Assembly: GCA_046290225.1 (NCBI GenBank)
Contig: JBKAGE010000034.1
Span: 128,001-192,000, forward strand
Direction: 5' to 3'
DNA: 64,000 nt
Source: Bradymonadia bacterium
GTDB taxonomy: Bacteria > Myxococcota_A > Bradymonadia > UBA7976 > UBA1532
Position numbers and translations under genes: made by a program. A model generated the notes under the pieces. It was not told where the DNA came from. It did not search any database and saw nothing but the letters and a program-made list of their open reading frames with translations. Positions 38,635-48,435 of the stretch are shown piece after piece. The stretch's first letter is position 1, and each line of letters opens with the position of its first letter.

Positions 38635-40761
38635 ATGCCAACTTCTCTGCACCATCTCCCACACCTGATTCGGCCAGCCCTCCGAGTCGCCCTCGTCTCC
38701 GCCTTGGCCTGGGGCTGTGACGCCAGCGAGCCTGCACGCGCTCAACTGGATGCGGGCGTCGATGCTGACATCCAGGTAGATGCCGACGCCGATGTCGATG
38801 GGGGTCTCCCACCCTCTCTCGTGTGCGATCTCGTGGCCTTCGAGGAGAGCGGTGTTCAGCTGATCCGCTGCGATGATGGCGCCCACCACAGCCTCAACGT
38901 CTTCGGTGCCGAGATCTGCAGAGGTCTCACGGCTCATGTGAGCCTGGGTGGAGAGACGCTGGCCCCGGAAGACTATCCGCAAGCGGTCTGGCTGCCCACG
39001 GCGCAGGGCGAGGTCGAGGGCCGCTTCTCGGGGCTGCCGGGGCGCCCGGTCCTCCTCTGGCGCCTGGGCCTCGTGGACGGCCAGCTGCGATCCCGTGTCA
39101 GCCTGCAATTCGACGAGGCCAGCGACACCCAACTCGTGCGCCTGGCCCCACTCTCCTTCTCTCCCTGGGGCGGGTGTCGGCCTGATCCCCGAACCGAGGC
39201 GCCGCGCTGGCGTGCATGGGGCCCGGACGGGGCGGCGCCGATGACATGGTCTTCCGCCCTGAGCCGAAATGACGGCCATTGTATGTGGGGCGCTGAGCAG
39301 GCGCTGTGCGTGCTCGCAGAGCCCCCAGCGTCGAGGGGGCTCGTCGATCGCCACGCCGTCGACGTGCACGCGGCCCCTGAGGATCGAGTGGCCTGGACGC
39401 TTGTCCCCCGCTTTCCGCCTCTGGAGATCTCTCAGCCGGCGCGCCTCGACTCGACACAGTGGTGGCTCGCCGTGGCGCCCTCCACCGCCGACATTGGCCA
39501 GTGGTGGTCCCGTCGGCTCTCGGCCCTCATCGATCCCTCGATCTCCCGGCCCGAAGCCCCGTGGGGCTGGACGAGCTCTGGTGCCTACGGCGCCCTGGTC
39601 AACGCGAGTGTGTTGCGCGCTCATCTCGAGTCTCTCTCTGAACTCGAGGGATTGACGCCGCCGGAGCTCATGATGCACGGCATTTGGTACCCCGCCCTCG
39701 GTGAGTGGCGTCCAGGGGCCGCCTTCGATGAGGTCTGGCCTGCCCTTGACGCCACCTTGGGTGTGCAGTGGCCCCTCCTCCAGGTTTCGGACGAAACACG
39801 CATCCTCGCGGAGCAGCCCCAGATCAGGCTGCTCTCCAGCGAGGGGGCGCCCATCGCCTGTGGGGACGATCCGAGCCGATGTGGCATCCTCGATCCACGG
39901 CAGCCCGCTGTACGGGACCTTCTCGTGCGCTCGATGATGGCGTGGCCCACCTCAGTGCGCACAGCAGACCTCACTGCCCTCGCCGCCGCGCTGGAGGCCG
40001 ATCCTCAAGGCATCGTTGCCCTTGTAGACGCGCTGCAGGCAGCCTCCGATATTCACCTCACGCTCCCGGCAGATGCAGGCTGGCCGGTGATGCGACGACC
40101 CCTGACACTTCGTGTGGCGGGTGGGGTGCAGTCCCCTCTCGGTGCAGATTGCGCTGAAGAAGATCGAGAGTACGCAGGCCCGAGGACCGACAGTTGCGAA
40201 CGCGCCCTCGTCGATCTGCAACCTGACGACGGTGGGGGGCCCTCGCCCGACTGGTCGAGCCGGCCCCGAGCCATCGCCCACGACCTGCAACGCCTCTGGC
40301 CTGCAGGCGCCGCAGGTCATGTGCTCGATCCCGGTCCACTCGTGCTCGGGGCCCCTCTGCCCGACAACATTGCCCGGCAATGGTCTGCCGTGGGCCTGAT
40401 CGCTGGTGGCCCCTGGCGCCTGGGCGATCAGCCAGAGGGCTTGTCGGCACGGCGTTGGCGCCTCTTCGCCGATCCGCTGCTCGAGGGTCTGACCGGTCAG
40501 GGCGCTGCCGCCGCGCTGGCGGACAAAGTCTCCTCTGTGGAAGATGCTCCACCAGGTGTCTGGCGGCGATCGGGCCAGCTCGTGGTGATCTTCAACTGGG
40601 GCGACTCCCGGCTCACGGTGGAGGGCGCTGATCGATGGGTGGACTGGAGCGGCCCCACCGCGCGTCTCTTCGATGAGAGCCAGTGGGAGGATCCAGCGGA
40701 AATCGGGCCGTTGATTCTACCACCCCAAGACGTTGTGGTACTTCGCCCTGTGGTGGAGTAG
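38635..40761 (+). CDS. Lipoprotein resembling a degenerate GH36 (alpha-galactosidase-like) fold
   Basis: AWGC-D lipobox; PWGWTS, GIW...GEW, LDPRQPAVRD, LDPG, LGD, VIFNW align by eye with GH36 motif order, but the catalytic Asp motifs are not evident. Confidence 0.5.
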   Translation: MPTSLHHLPHLIRPALRVALVSALAWGCDASEPARAQLDAGVDADIQVDADADVDGGLPPSLVCDLVAFEESGVQLIRCDDGAHHSLNVFGAEICRGLTAHVSLGGETLAPEDYPQAVWLPTAQGEVEGRFSGLPGRPVLLWRLGLVDGQLRSRVSLQFDEASDTQLVRLAPLSFSPWGGCRPDPRTEAPRWRAWGPDGAAPMTWSSALSRNDGHCMWGAEQALCVLAEPPASRGLVDRHAVDVHAAPEDRVAWTLVPRFPPLEISQPARLDSTQWWLAVAPSTADIGQWWSRRLSALIDPSISRPEAPWGWTSSGAYGALVNASVLRAHLESLSELEGLTPPELMMHGIWYPALGEWRPGAAFDEVWPALDATLGVQWPLLQVSDETRILAEQPQIRLLSSEGAPIACGDDPSRCGILDPRQPAVRDLLVRSMMAWPTSVRTADLTALAAALEADPQGIVALVDALQAASDIHLTLPADAGWPVMRRPLTLRVAGGVQSPLGADCAEEDREYAGPRTDSCERALVDLQPDDGGGPSPDWSSRPRAIAHDLQRLWPAGAAGHVLDPGPLVLGAPLPDNIARQWSAVGLIAGGPWRLGDQPEGLSARRWRLFADPLLEGLTGQGAAAALADKVSSVEDAPPGVWRRSGQLVVIFNWGDSRLTVEGADRWVDWSGPTARLFDESQWEDPAEIGPLILPPQDVVVLRPVVE

Positions 40762-40784
40762 AACGAAACCACCGAGGAGGCCCC

Positions 40785-41858
40785 ATGACGACCATCGCAC
40801 TCGACGCCATGGGCGGAGATCACGGCGTTGCGCCAGCGGTTAAAGCCGCCGCTCATTTGTCCATGCAGTCCGGCACAGGCGTGCTGCTCGTCGGTGACGA
40901 GGGGCAGATCAGCGCCGAGCTGCGCCGCCAGAAATATGATCCGGCGAGCCTGTCGATTCACCACACTTCGCAGTGGGTGACCATGGAAGACTCACCCAAG
41001 ACGGTCTTCGACAAGAAGCCCGACGCCTCGGTGCTCGTGGGCACCGCCCTGGTGGCAGCAGGAGAAGCCGACGCCCTCGTGAGCGCGGGCAACACGGGGG
41101 CAGGCATCATGGCCTGTGTCCGCAACTTCAATCAGCTCAAGGGTGTACCCCGTACGGCTCTGGCGACGGTGTACCCCACCGAGCAACGCCGTGGTGAGCT
41201 CTCCGATCCGTTCAGCTTGATCCTCGACGTGGGGGCCACACTCCACGCCAGCGCCGATGCATTGGTGGGCTTCGCTCACATGGGCTCGGCCTACGCGGCG
41301 TGCATCTCCCGCAACCCCAGGCCCCGTGTGGCCCTGCTCTCCAATGGCTCCGAGGCCCACAAGGGCCCCCCCGAGGTGGTGGAGGCCCACCGGCGCCTGA
41401 GCCAGAGCACCCATATCCACTTCATCGGCAACATCGAAGGTGTGGACGTCCCCCGCGGTGTCGCCGACGTGGTGGTGACCTCGGGCTTCACGGGCAATGT
41501 GGTGCTCAAGATGCTCGAGGGCATCAGCGAGACGGTGATGGACATCGCCCGCTATGCCTACCGCAACAAGCTCACGTGGAAGCTGGGCATGATGATGCTG
41601 CAGGGCGGCATCACCCAGCTCAAGCAGGCCACTGACTGGCGTCAGTACGGTGGGGCGCCGATCCTGGGCTTCGACAAGCTGTTCATCAAGGCCCACGGCC
41701 GCAGCAACTGGCGGGCCATCGCCAATGCCCTCAAGGTGGCTCGCAAGGCCGTCGAAGCAGATCTGTGCAGCACCATCGAAGCTCAGCTGGCAGATCAGCT
41801 CGCCAAAGCAACCCCTGATCCGCTCGACGTGTCTTCCCTCGAAGAGCCCCCTGCCTGA
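40785..41858 (+). CDS. plsX: Phosphate acyltransferase PlsX
   Basis: IALDAMGGDHG, VSAGNTGA, LDVGA, FIGNIEG, GFTGNVVLK, YGGAPILG, KAHGRS; GAGGAGG RBS. Confidence 0.95.
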   Translation: MTTIALDAMGGDHGVAPAVKAAAHLSMQSGTGVLLVGDEGQISAELRRQKYDPASLSIHHTSQWVTMEDSPKTVFDKKPDASVLVGTALVAAGEADALVSAGNTGAGIMACVRNFNQLKGVPRTALATVYPTEQRRGELSDPFSLILDVGATLHASADALVGFAHMGSAYAACISRNPRPRVALLSNGSEAHKGPPEVVEAHRRLSQSTHIHFIGNIEGVDVPRGVADVVVTSGFTGNVVLKMLEGISETVMDIARYAYRNKLTWKLGMMMLQGGITQLKQATDWRQYGGAPILGFDKLFIKAHGRSNWRAIANALKVARKAVEADLCSTIEAQLADQLAKATPDPLDVSSLEEPPA

Positions 41859-41864
41859 GGCCCC

Positions 41865-42926
41865 ATGTCCTCCGAACACGCTCCAGACGAGATCCCGCCC
41901 AATCGAGCGCCCTACATCTATCGCTGGGATATGGACAAGACCTACCTGGCGACGGAGTTCGACACGGTCAAGGATCTGATCCGCACGGCGTTTCAGGGCC
42001 CCGCGGACAAAGCGAACGTGCCGGGCAGTGCGGTCCTGCTCCGAGAGCTCCGGGCCTCTTCCGGCGGCGGGGCGATGATCTATTTCATCAGCGGCAGCCC
42101 CCGGCAAATGCGCGGGGTGCTCTCCGAGAAGTTGCGCCTCGACGGCATCCACTTCGACGGCTTCATTCTGAAGGACAATCTCTCGAACCTGCTCAAGGGC
42201 CGCTTCAAGGCGCTCAAGGAGCAGGTGGGCTACAAGCTGCCCGCATTGCTCCAAGCCCGAGCTCAGGCGCCCTTGGGCAGCCGCGAGACCCTCTTCGGCG
42301 ATGACGCTGAGCGTGACGCCTTCATCTACTCGCTCTACGCTGATCTGCTGGCCCGTCGTGTGGATCACGACACGCTGGAGGCGGTCTTCGATGTCGCCGG
42401 TCTCTACCCCGACAGCCGAGCAGCCATCGTGCAGGGTCTGCAAGCGTTGGAGACGGTGGATCCGGTCGACCGGGTGCTGATCCACCTTGAGCGCCGCTCA
42501 CCGCCGATCCGCTTCGACGCCTATGGGCCCAGAGTGGCGCCGGTCTACAACTACTTCCAAGCCGCTCTGGTGCTGTTCCAGGACGGACGACTGCCTGCGA
42601 GCTCAGTGGGCCGCCTCGCCACCACCCTCATCGAGCAGTACCAGTTCACGGAGCGCATGCTGCTCCGCAGTTTCCAGGATACGCTCCGCCGTAACATCCT
42701 CGACTACAACGCAGCCCAGCGCCTCGGGGCCCAGGCGCTCCAGACTGGGGTGAGCCAGACGGTCATCGATCTCTTCGCTCGGGAAGCCACCGAAGTGAAC
42801 GTGCAGCCCCAGCCGAGCCGCCCGCAAACAGTGCCCGATTATCCCGCGCTGCTGGCCCGGGAGCTGAAACGCCACAAAATCGAGAAGGCCCGCCGCAAGA
42901 AGGTCAGTCGCCGCTGGTGGTCATAG
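41865..42926 (+). CDS. HAD-type phosphatase, App1/DUF2183-like (putative phosphatidate phosphatase)
   Basis: WDMDKTY (DxDxT), FISGSP, YKL, LFGDDAERDAFIY; 6 nt downstream of plsX. Confidence 0.7.
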   Translation: MSSEHAPDEIPPNRAPYIYRWDMDKTYLATEFDTVKDLIRTAFQGPADKANVPGSAVLLRELRASSGGGAMIYFISGSPRQMRGVLSEKLRLDGIHFDGFILKDNLSNLLKGRFKALKEQVGYKLPALLQARAQAPLGSRETLFGDDAERDAFIYSLYADLLARRVDHDTLEAVFDVAGLYPDSRAAIVQGLQALETVDPVDRVLIHLERRSPPIRFDAYGPRVAPVYNYFQAALVLFQDGRLPASSVGRLATTLIEQYQFTERMLLRSFQDTLRRNILDYNAAQRLGAQALQTGVSQTVIDLFAREATEVNVQPQPSRPQTVPDYPALLARELKRHKIEKARRKKVSRRWWS

Positions 42927-43038
42927 CCTCGACTCGCCCTCCTGAGAGAAGCCCGGATGTTTATGCGCGGTTCCACTGGACCTGAACTGGGCTTCTCCGC
43001 ATCGTAATGACCACCCTGAATCGAACTTGGAGTCTCTG

Positions 43039-45057
43039 ATGGTGCTGTCGCTGCGCGCCCCCGCTCTGCTCTTTGCCCTCTCCCTCGCGGCCTGGGGCTG
43101 CGACGACGGCGGCGGTGGAGGTGGTGATGGCCTCGCCGGATCTGGCGGTGGTGGAGGCACGGCCCAGATGGGTGGCTCTGGCGGGGGTATGGTCAGCCCT
43201 GGTCAGACTCAGGTGGCACTCTTCGCGCCCTTGGACGATCTCGGCGCTACCCCGCTCGGCCAGGTGCCATGGCCCAACAATATGTATCGCACCGACGATG
43301 GCCTCGACTTTCGCGGGTTTCCCCGACCGCCACGGATGATCCCGGTCATCGAGGACATCATCGTGGCCACCGGGCAGGAGACTCGGGCCTTCGGCACCAC
43401 CGCCACGATGTACGTGGCCTTCGAGGGGCCCATCGACGAGAGCTTGCTGCCCGAGAACGCACAAGCCAGCCTCGCCGATGACGCAGCCATCATGCTCGTG
43501 GACATCGACCCCGACTCACCGGAGCGGGGCAAGCGCTGGCCCTTCAACTGGAAATACAACCGCGCCGGCTCGAACTACTTGCCGGCGAACACGGTGATGA
43601 TTCGTCTGGTCGAGGGCATGGCCCTGAACCCAGCTACGATCTATGCCCTCGTGGTGACCTCTGCTGTGGGTGAGGCTGACGACGGCTTTGAGCAACTGCT
43701 CGCCGAAGATGCCCCCGGCGGCGCCCCCTGGGCCGACCTGCACGGGGTCTATGCCCCTCTGCGCAGCTGGCTCGCCGACACCTCCCCCAATGGCGGCTCC
43801 ACCCTCGAGGTGGCCTCGGCGAGCGTGTTCACCACTCAGGATCCGGTCTCGGAGATGTTCACGCTCCGCGACTTCATCCATAACCAGCCCTCGCCCGGGC
43901 TCAAGACCATCGATGGCAAGGGCGAGTTCGATCAGTTGTTCGAGGTCTTCGAAGGCACGTACGACGCACCGAAATTCCAGGAAGGCGAGATCCCGTACCG
44001 CTTCGCCGGTGGGGCGATTCGGTTCGGCGAAGATGGCCAGCCCAAGGTGCAGGGCACCGAAGAGCTGCGCTTTGCGCTGACCACTCCCCTCGGCCCCCCG
44101 CCGCCCGGGGGCTGGCCCATCGTGCTCTATGCCCACGGCACCGGCGGCGACTACCGCAGCTTCATCCGGAGCAACGTCTCGAACGTGCTCGCCCGCAACG
44201 GCACTGCGGTCATCTCCATCGACCAGATCCATCATGGTCCACGGAGCAATGGCGGCTGCGCCCTGGGCGACGATGGCTGCGTGTCATTGTTGTTCTTCAA
44301 CTTCCTCAACCCCGTTGCGGGTCGGGACAACGTGCGCCAGTCAGCGCTGGACTACGTGAGCTTGCTGCGCTTCGTACAGGGCCTGCAGATCCCCGGGGAG
44401 GAGACGCTGCACGGGGAGCCCATCACCTTCAACCGCGACAACGTGATGTTCATGGGGCACAGCCAGGGCGGCCTGAACGGTCCGCTCTTCATGGCGGTGG
44501 AGCCCTCGGTGAAGGGCGGCATGCTCTCCGGCGCTGGCGCCAGCATCGCGATCTCCATCGAACAGAAGACCTCCCCGACATCGATCGCGGATCCGGTGTC
44601 GGGCCTTCTGGGCCTGCCAGATGAGGATCCGCTGGACCGTTGGCACCCTGTGCTCATGCTGCTTCAGACGTTCATCGAGCCCGGCGACGGTCTGAACTAC
44701 GCGAAGTTCTGGTTTGCGGAGCCCCCCGCCGGGTATGCGCCGAAGAGCGTGTTCATGACTGTGGGGCTCGACGACACGTTCACGCCTCCCGAGACGACCT
44801 TCGCTCTGGCGACCGCGGGCCGGGTGCCGCTGATCGACCCCGCTGTGGTGCCGATCGAAGGCCTGGAGTTCGTAGGGGCAGGTCGAGTGCTGCGGGCGCC
44901 GTACGCAGGGAACGTGGCAGACCGTCAGGCGAGCGCGGGGCTGGCCCAGTACGAGGGTGAGGGGCACTTCGTGATCTTCGATGTGCCGAGCGCTAGGCAG
45001 AGATACGGGCGGTTCTTGAACAGTCTCGCGATCGAGAATCCGCCCGAGATCTTCTGA
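43039..45057 (+). CDS. Alpha/beta-hydrolase (lipase-like) lipoprotein
   Basis: AWGC-DD lipobox; YAHGTGG, GHSQGG nucleophile elbow, GLDDTFTP, GHF. Confidence 0.82.
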   Translation: MVLSLRAPALLFALSLAAWGCDDGGGGGGDGLAGSGGGGGTAQMGGSGGGMVSPGQTQVALFAPLDDLGATPLGQVPWPNNMYRTDDGLDFRGFPRPPRMIPVIEDIIVATGQETRAFGTTATMYVAFEGPIDESLLPENAQASLADDAAIMLVDIDPDSPERGKRWPFNWKYNRAGSNYLPANTVMIRLVEGMALNPATIYALVVTSAVGEADDGFEQLLAEDAPGGAPWADLHGVYAPLRSWLADTSPNGGSTLEVASASVFTTQDPVSEMFTLRDFIHNQPSPGLKTIDGKGEFDQLFEVFEGTYDAPKFQEGEIPYRFAGGAIRFGEDGQPKVQGTEELRFALTTPLGPPPPGGWPIVLYAHGTGGDYRSFIRSNVSNVLARNGTAVISIDQIHHGPRSNGGCALGDDGCVSLLFFNFLNPVAGRDNVRQSALDYVSLLRFVQGLQIPGEETLHGEPITFNRDNVMFMGHSQGGLNGPLFMAVEPSVKGGMLSGAGASIAISIEQKTSPTSIADPVSGLLGLPDEDPLDRWHPVLMLLQTFIEPGDGLNYAKFWFAEPPAGYAPKSVFMTVGLDDTFTPPETTFALATAGRVPLIDPAVVPIEGLEFVGAGRVLRAPYAGNVADRQASAGLAQYEGEGHFVIFDVPSARQRYGRFLNSLAIENPPEIF

Positions 45058-45073
45058 ACGGAATGGGCCGGCC

Positions 45074-46195
45074 TCACTCCCCGGCGGACATCCCCACCAC
45101 CACGCGCAGGCCAGCCACCCAGGCGGTCTTCCCACTGTTCTGAGGGTTGATCACCACCTGGGCATCGGGCTGGAGCTTCATGAAGTCCAACACGGCATAC
45201 TGCGCCGTGAGCTCCACCACCCCCTCGGCATTGCTCATGGCGTTGCCTTCTGCGGCGGCCGCGGCCTGTGCGGAGTCAGTGAACCGGGTGACCGCGCCCC
45301 CGAGCCCCACATCACCACCGCCTGGGAGAACATCGTCCATGGTGATGCCTCCATCGACGTGCCAGTGGGCCTTGCTGACGGCGGGCGTCATGTTGAGGCC
45401 ACCACGGAGGAAGACGTTCGTGGCGCCGGGCAACGCCTGCTCAAGGATGACGTGTGCGTGGGTGAGGCCATCTTGGCGGTCGCCGGTGTCCATGCGCTCA
45501 AAAGCGTCAGTGCGGTGGGCGAGCCCGAAGGTGACCCGGCTGGTGTGATAGCTCAACAGCTTGTCGGCGACGGCGACCTCCATGTAGGCGGCCTCGGTGT
45601 TGTCGACAGCCGCCCCGGTCTCATCGGGCAACCTGATGTTGTACGCCCCTCCTCGAACGGTGAAGTGCCGAGACAGCCGGCCCTCGGCCATGCCGCCCAT
45701 GGCAGTCACGACCTCTGCCGGGGGTGGCAGGTTGCCGTTGAGCGTGGGGAGTGGCCCATAAAGGCCGTTGATGAAGCGGCCTGCCCCATTCGCATTCATG
45801 AAGGTCTGCTCAGGGGCGATGGCGCCCACCCTGATCTTGAGATCGTCGGTGACTTGTCCCTCCATCCACGCGAACACGAGGGTCAGCTGATTGGGCTTGA
45901 GGTTGCTCACGGCGTTGAACTCACCGACGGGATCACCCTCGATGCCATCGCCATAGGGCGTGATGGCCTGGGCACCCAGGGACCAGCCCTCCAAGGGACC
46001 GTTGGTGGCACCATTGAGTTGCAGCTGGCCGTTGAACAAACCGATCCAGTCGCTTCCCTGCTCTGCACCTCCGTTGACAGTGGAGAGCCCATCGGTGGTG
46101 AACGAGGTGCTCACCTTGGGCGTGATCAGGGTCTCCGCGGAAAGAGTGGCGGGGGCGCCGAGGGTGCAGATGAGTAGAGTGGTCAGGACGCGCAT
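45074..46195 (-). CDS. Carbohydrate-selective porin (OprB family)
   Basis: Signal peptide; VELTAQY..LQPDAQVVINP..AWVAGLR C-terminal signature; GGAG RBS. Confidence 0.75.
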   Translation of the reverse strand: MRVLTTLLICTLGAPATLSAETLITPKVSTSFTTDGLSTVNGGAEQGSDWIGLFNGQLQLNGATNGPLEGWSLGAQAITPYGDGIEGDPVGEFNAVSNLKPNQLTLVFAWMEGQVTDDLKIRVGAIAPEQTFMNANGAGRFINGLYGPLPTLNGNLPPPAEVVTAMGGMAEGRLSRHFTVRGGAYNIRLPDETGAAVDNTEAAYMEVAVADKLLSYHTSRVTFGLAHRTDAFERMDTGDRQDGLTHAHVILEQALPGATNVFLRGGLNMTPAVSKAHWHVDGGITMDDVLPGGGDVGLGGAVTRFTDSAQAAAAAEGNAMSNAEGVVELTAQYAVLDFMKLQPDAQVVINPQNSGKTAWVAGLRVVVGMSAGE

Positions 46196-46293
46196 GGTCA
46201 ATGCTCCGGTCAACTCGCCGAGGTCGCCCTTGTGAATCAATGAGCCATCACCCCAACGCTTTCACCCAAACATTCGACAGTTTTAATTATTAG

Positions 46294-46344
46294 AAAAAAA
46301 GGAGGGTGACCAGTGACTACCCAGCACTGACTCACTCAACCTCC
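46294..46344 (-). terminator. Intrinsic-terminator-like hairpin plus T7 in the porin upstream region
   Basis: Minus strand GGAGG-TTGA-GTGAGTCAGTG-ctgggtagt-CACTGGTCAC-CCTCC-TTTTTTT, about 100 nt before the porin ATG. Confidence 0.5.
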
Positions 46345-46717
46345 CTCGCTTAGCAACGCCCTTTCCCTCGACAACAAAACCAAAACAATTACGAATACTT
46401 AAATCAAAGCAACTTATAGATACAGGCATATCCCTGCCCATATCAGCCTGGCAGACTGAGGTGATACGACAACAATAGAAGCAGTACACCTAATCAAAAC
46501 AGGTCAGGTATTGCGGCCACTTCAATTCGAAAAATTGACCAATGAGTGAAACAGATGGGTAACGACTCAAAACGAAACAGAGAGTCGCCTCGCCATCTTC
46601 GATATACTGATTCGCAGCCAGTCTTTGATGCCTTCAAGATCTGCCTGGCCCTTCAGCAGGCTGGCACGACTGACAGAGGCACACCTGCTGACCAGCAGAC
46701 ACTCGCCGCTCGAACGA

Positions 46718-47596
46718 TCAGGGCTTCTTCTGGCCCGCCAGGGCGGCGCCCTCTTCTACAGAGGCAGCACACCGAAAGCCAAAGTGATGGTAGGGGTTGT
46801 TCGAGGGCACGTGGGCCCGACGATACACCCCGTCGGCGCGCTCAGTGGGCCAGTACCAGGATCCACCGCGGACCACCTTGCGGCGGTAGCCCTTGCACTT
46901 CTCGGCGCCATCACAGGGACCCTTCGGGTTCACCCCGAGGCAGGCCTCGCCACAGCCCTCGTAGCTCGACGAGTACCAGTCCGCCACCCACTCGTAGCTG
47001 TTGCCCACCATATCCTTGAGGCCGTAGCGACCGGCGGGCTTCTTCCCCACCTCCCACACACGACCCTTCTCCGGCTTCTTGCCGCGCTTCTTCACCCCGC
47101 AGCTGCGCCCGCGCTCGTCCTTGATCACCGCCTGCTCACAGGTCACACGATCATTGCCATAGGGCGTCAGCTCGCCCTTCTCTCCACGCACTGCCTTCTC
47201 CCACTCTGCTTCAGTGGGCAGGTGCTTTCCGTGGGCCTTGCAGTATTTCACCGCGTCGTACCAGCTGATGCCGTTGATGGGCTGTTTCGGTCGGGAGAAG
47301 TCGCTGTATTTGGGCCCCGCGCGATCACACTTGCGGGCCTTCACACAGGCCTTGTACTCCGCGACAGTCACCTCGTTGACGTCCATGTAGAAAGTCTGCT
47401 GCCAGACCGTCGCCTCGGGGCGAGCCATCTCCGGACCATCATTGCTCCCACGGATGAAAGAGCCACCCGGCACGCAGGCCATCCCTTCTGGGGCCTCGGC
47501 ACACGGGATCACGGGGACCTCGTCCTCCGCAGCAGCGGTGGTGGTCCAGAGGCAAGCGAGGGCCACAGAGGCCAGCAGCGCGCGATAACGCATCAT
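46718..47596 (-). CDS. Exported FGE-sulfatase (SUMF1)-fold protein
   Basis: Signal peptide; VPGGSFIRGS, NEVTVAEY, LPTEAEWEKA, DMVGNSYEW, RGGSW, FGFRCA. Confidence 0.88.
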   Translation of the reverse strand: MMRYRALLASVALACLWTTTAAAEDEVPVIPCAEAPEGMACVPGGSFIRGSNDGPEMARPEATVWQQTFYMDVNEVTVAEYKACVKARKCDRAGPKYSDFSRPKQPINGISWYDAVKYCKAHGKHLPTEAEWEKAVRGEKGELTPYGNDRVTCEQAVIKDERGRSCGVKKRGKKPEKGRVWEVGKKPAGRYGLKDMVGNSYEWVADWYSSSYEGCGEACLGVNPKGPCDGAEKCKGYRRKVVRGGSWYWPTERADGVYRRAHVPSNNPYHHFGFRCAASVEEGAALAGQKKP

Positions 47597-47617
47597 CTCT
47601 CCAATCGGCTGAGTCAC

Positions 47618-48406
47618 TCAGCTCTCAAGGTGACGGCGGAGCTCGGCGAGATAGGCCGGCGTCCGTCGCATCCGGCTGCCGTACCACGAGAACAGCTCCC
47701 CGTCGACCAGGGCACATCTCACTCCAGGCAATGCCTCTTCGATCTCTCGCATGTGGATCGACTTGAAGGGGTACGGCTCACTGGAGAGCAGGACCCACTG
47801 CGGGCGCAGACTCTTCAACCCTGAGAGGGTGATCTCCGGATATCGGGGCAGATGCCCCACCACATTGCGCATGCCCCCACGCTCGAGCACGTCGTGGATG
47901 AAGTTGCTCGACCCAGCGGCCATGTAGGGCCCCCGCCAGATGAAGTAGGCCACAGGGATCTGCAGCACCTCGGAGAAGCTGAGCGCTTCGAAGCCCTCGA
48001 CGACCTCATCTGCGATGGCGTGTGCCTGCTCGGCCCGCCCAACGAGGGCACCGAGGGCGCGGATCATCTCGATGCCCTCGGCAACATCGCCGACATCGGT
48101 GACGTAAACTGGGACCTCAGCAGCGAGGGCCTCCACCATGGGTCGGGTGTTCTCTTCTTTGTTCGCGATGACCAGATCGGGTCTGAGGCTCAGGATCTCG
48201 TCGACCCGGGCGTTCTTGGTCCCGCCCACTTGCCTCCTACCCTGGCACCACGCCTTCGGGTGAATACAGAAGCGCGTGATGCCCACGACCTCGTCATCGA
48301 GGCCGAGATCGGCGAGCAGCTCAGTTTGACTGGGTACGAGGGAGACGATGCGTCGAGGGGTGCTTGGCACGTCGACGTGACGGCCGAGCGCATCAGTAAA
48401 ACGCAC
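47618..48406 (-). CDS. Helical-backbone metal receptor (BtuF/cobalamin or Fe-siderophore binding family)
   Basis: PRRIVSLVPSQTE, VGITRFCIHP, VGGTKN, NKEEN, LSSEPYPF, DGELFSWYGSR; no evident signal peptide. Confidence 0.85.
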   Translation of the reverse strand: MRFTDALGRHVDVPSTPRRIVSLVPSQTELLADLGLDDEVVGITRFCIHPKAWCQGRRQVGGTKNARVDEILSLRPDLVIANKEENTRPMVEALAAEVPVYVTDVGDVAEGIEMIRALGALVGRAEQAHAIADEVVEGFEALSFSEVLQIPVAYFIWRGPYMAAGSSNFIHDVLERGGMRNVVGHLPRYPEITLSGLKSLRPQWVLLSSEPYPFKSIHMREIEEALPGVRCALVDGELFSWYGSRMRRTPAYLAELRRHLES

Positions 48407-48435
48407 AGGATGCCTCTGTGAGGATGGTCGTGAGA

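Noticed and set aside
46283..46489. 68-aa Cys-containing ORF in the AT-rich region
   Set aside because: Atypical codon usage, no clear RBS and overlap with the hairpin; more likely non-coding
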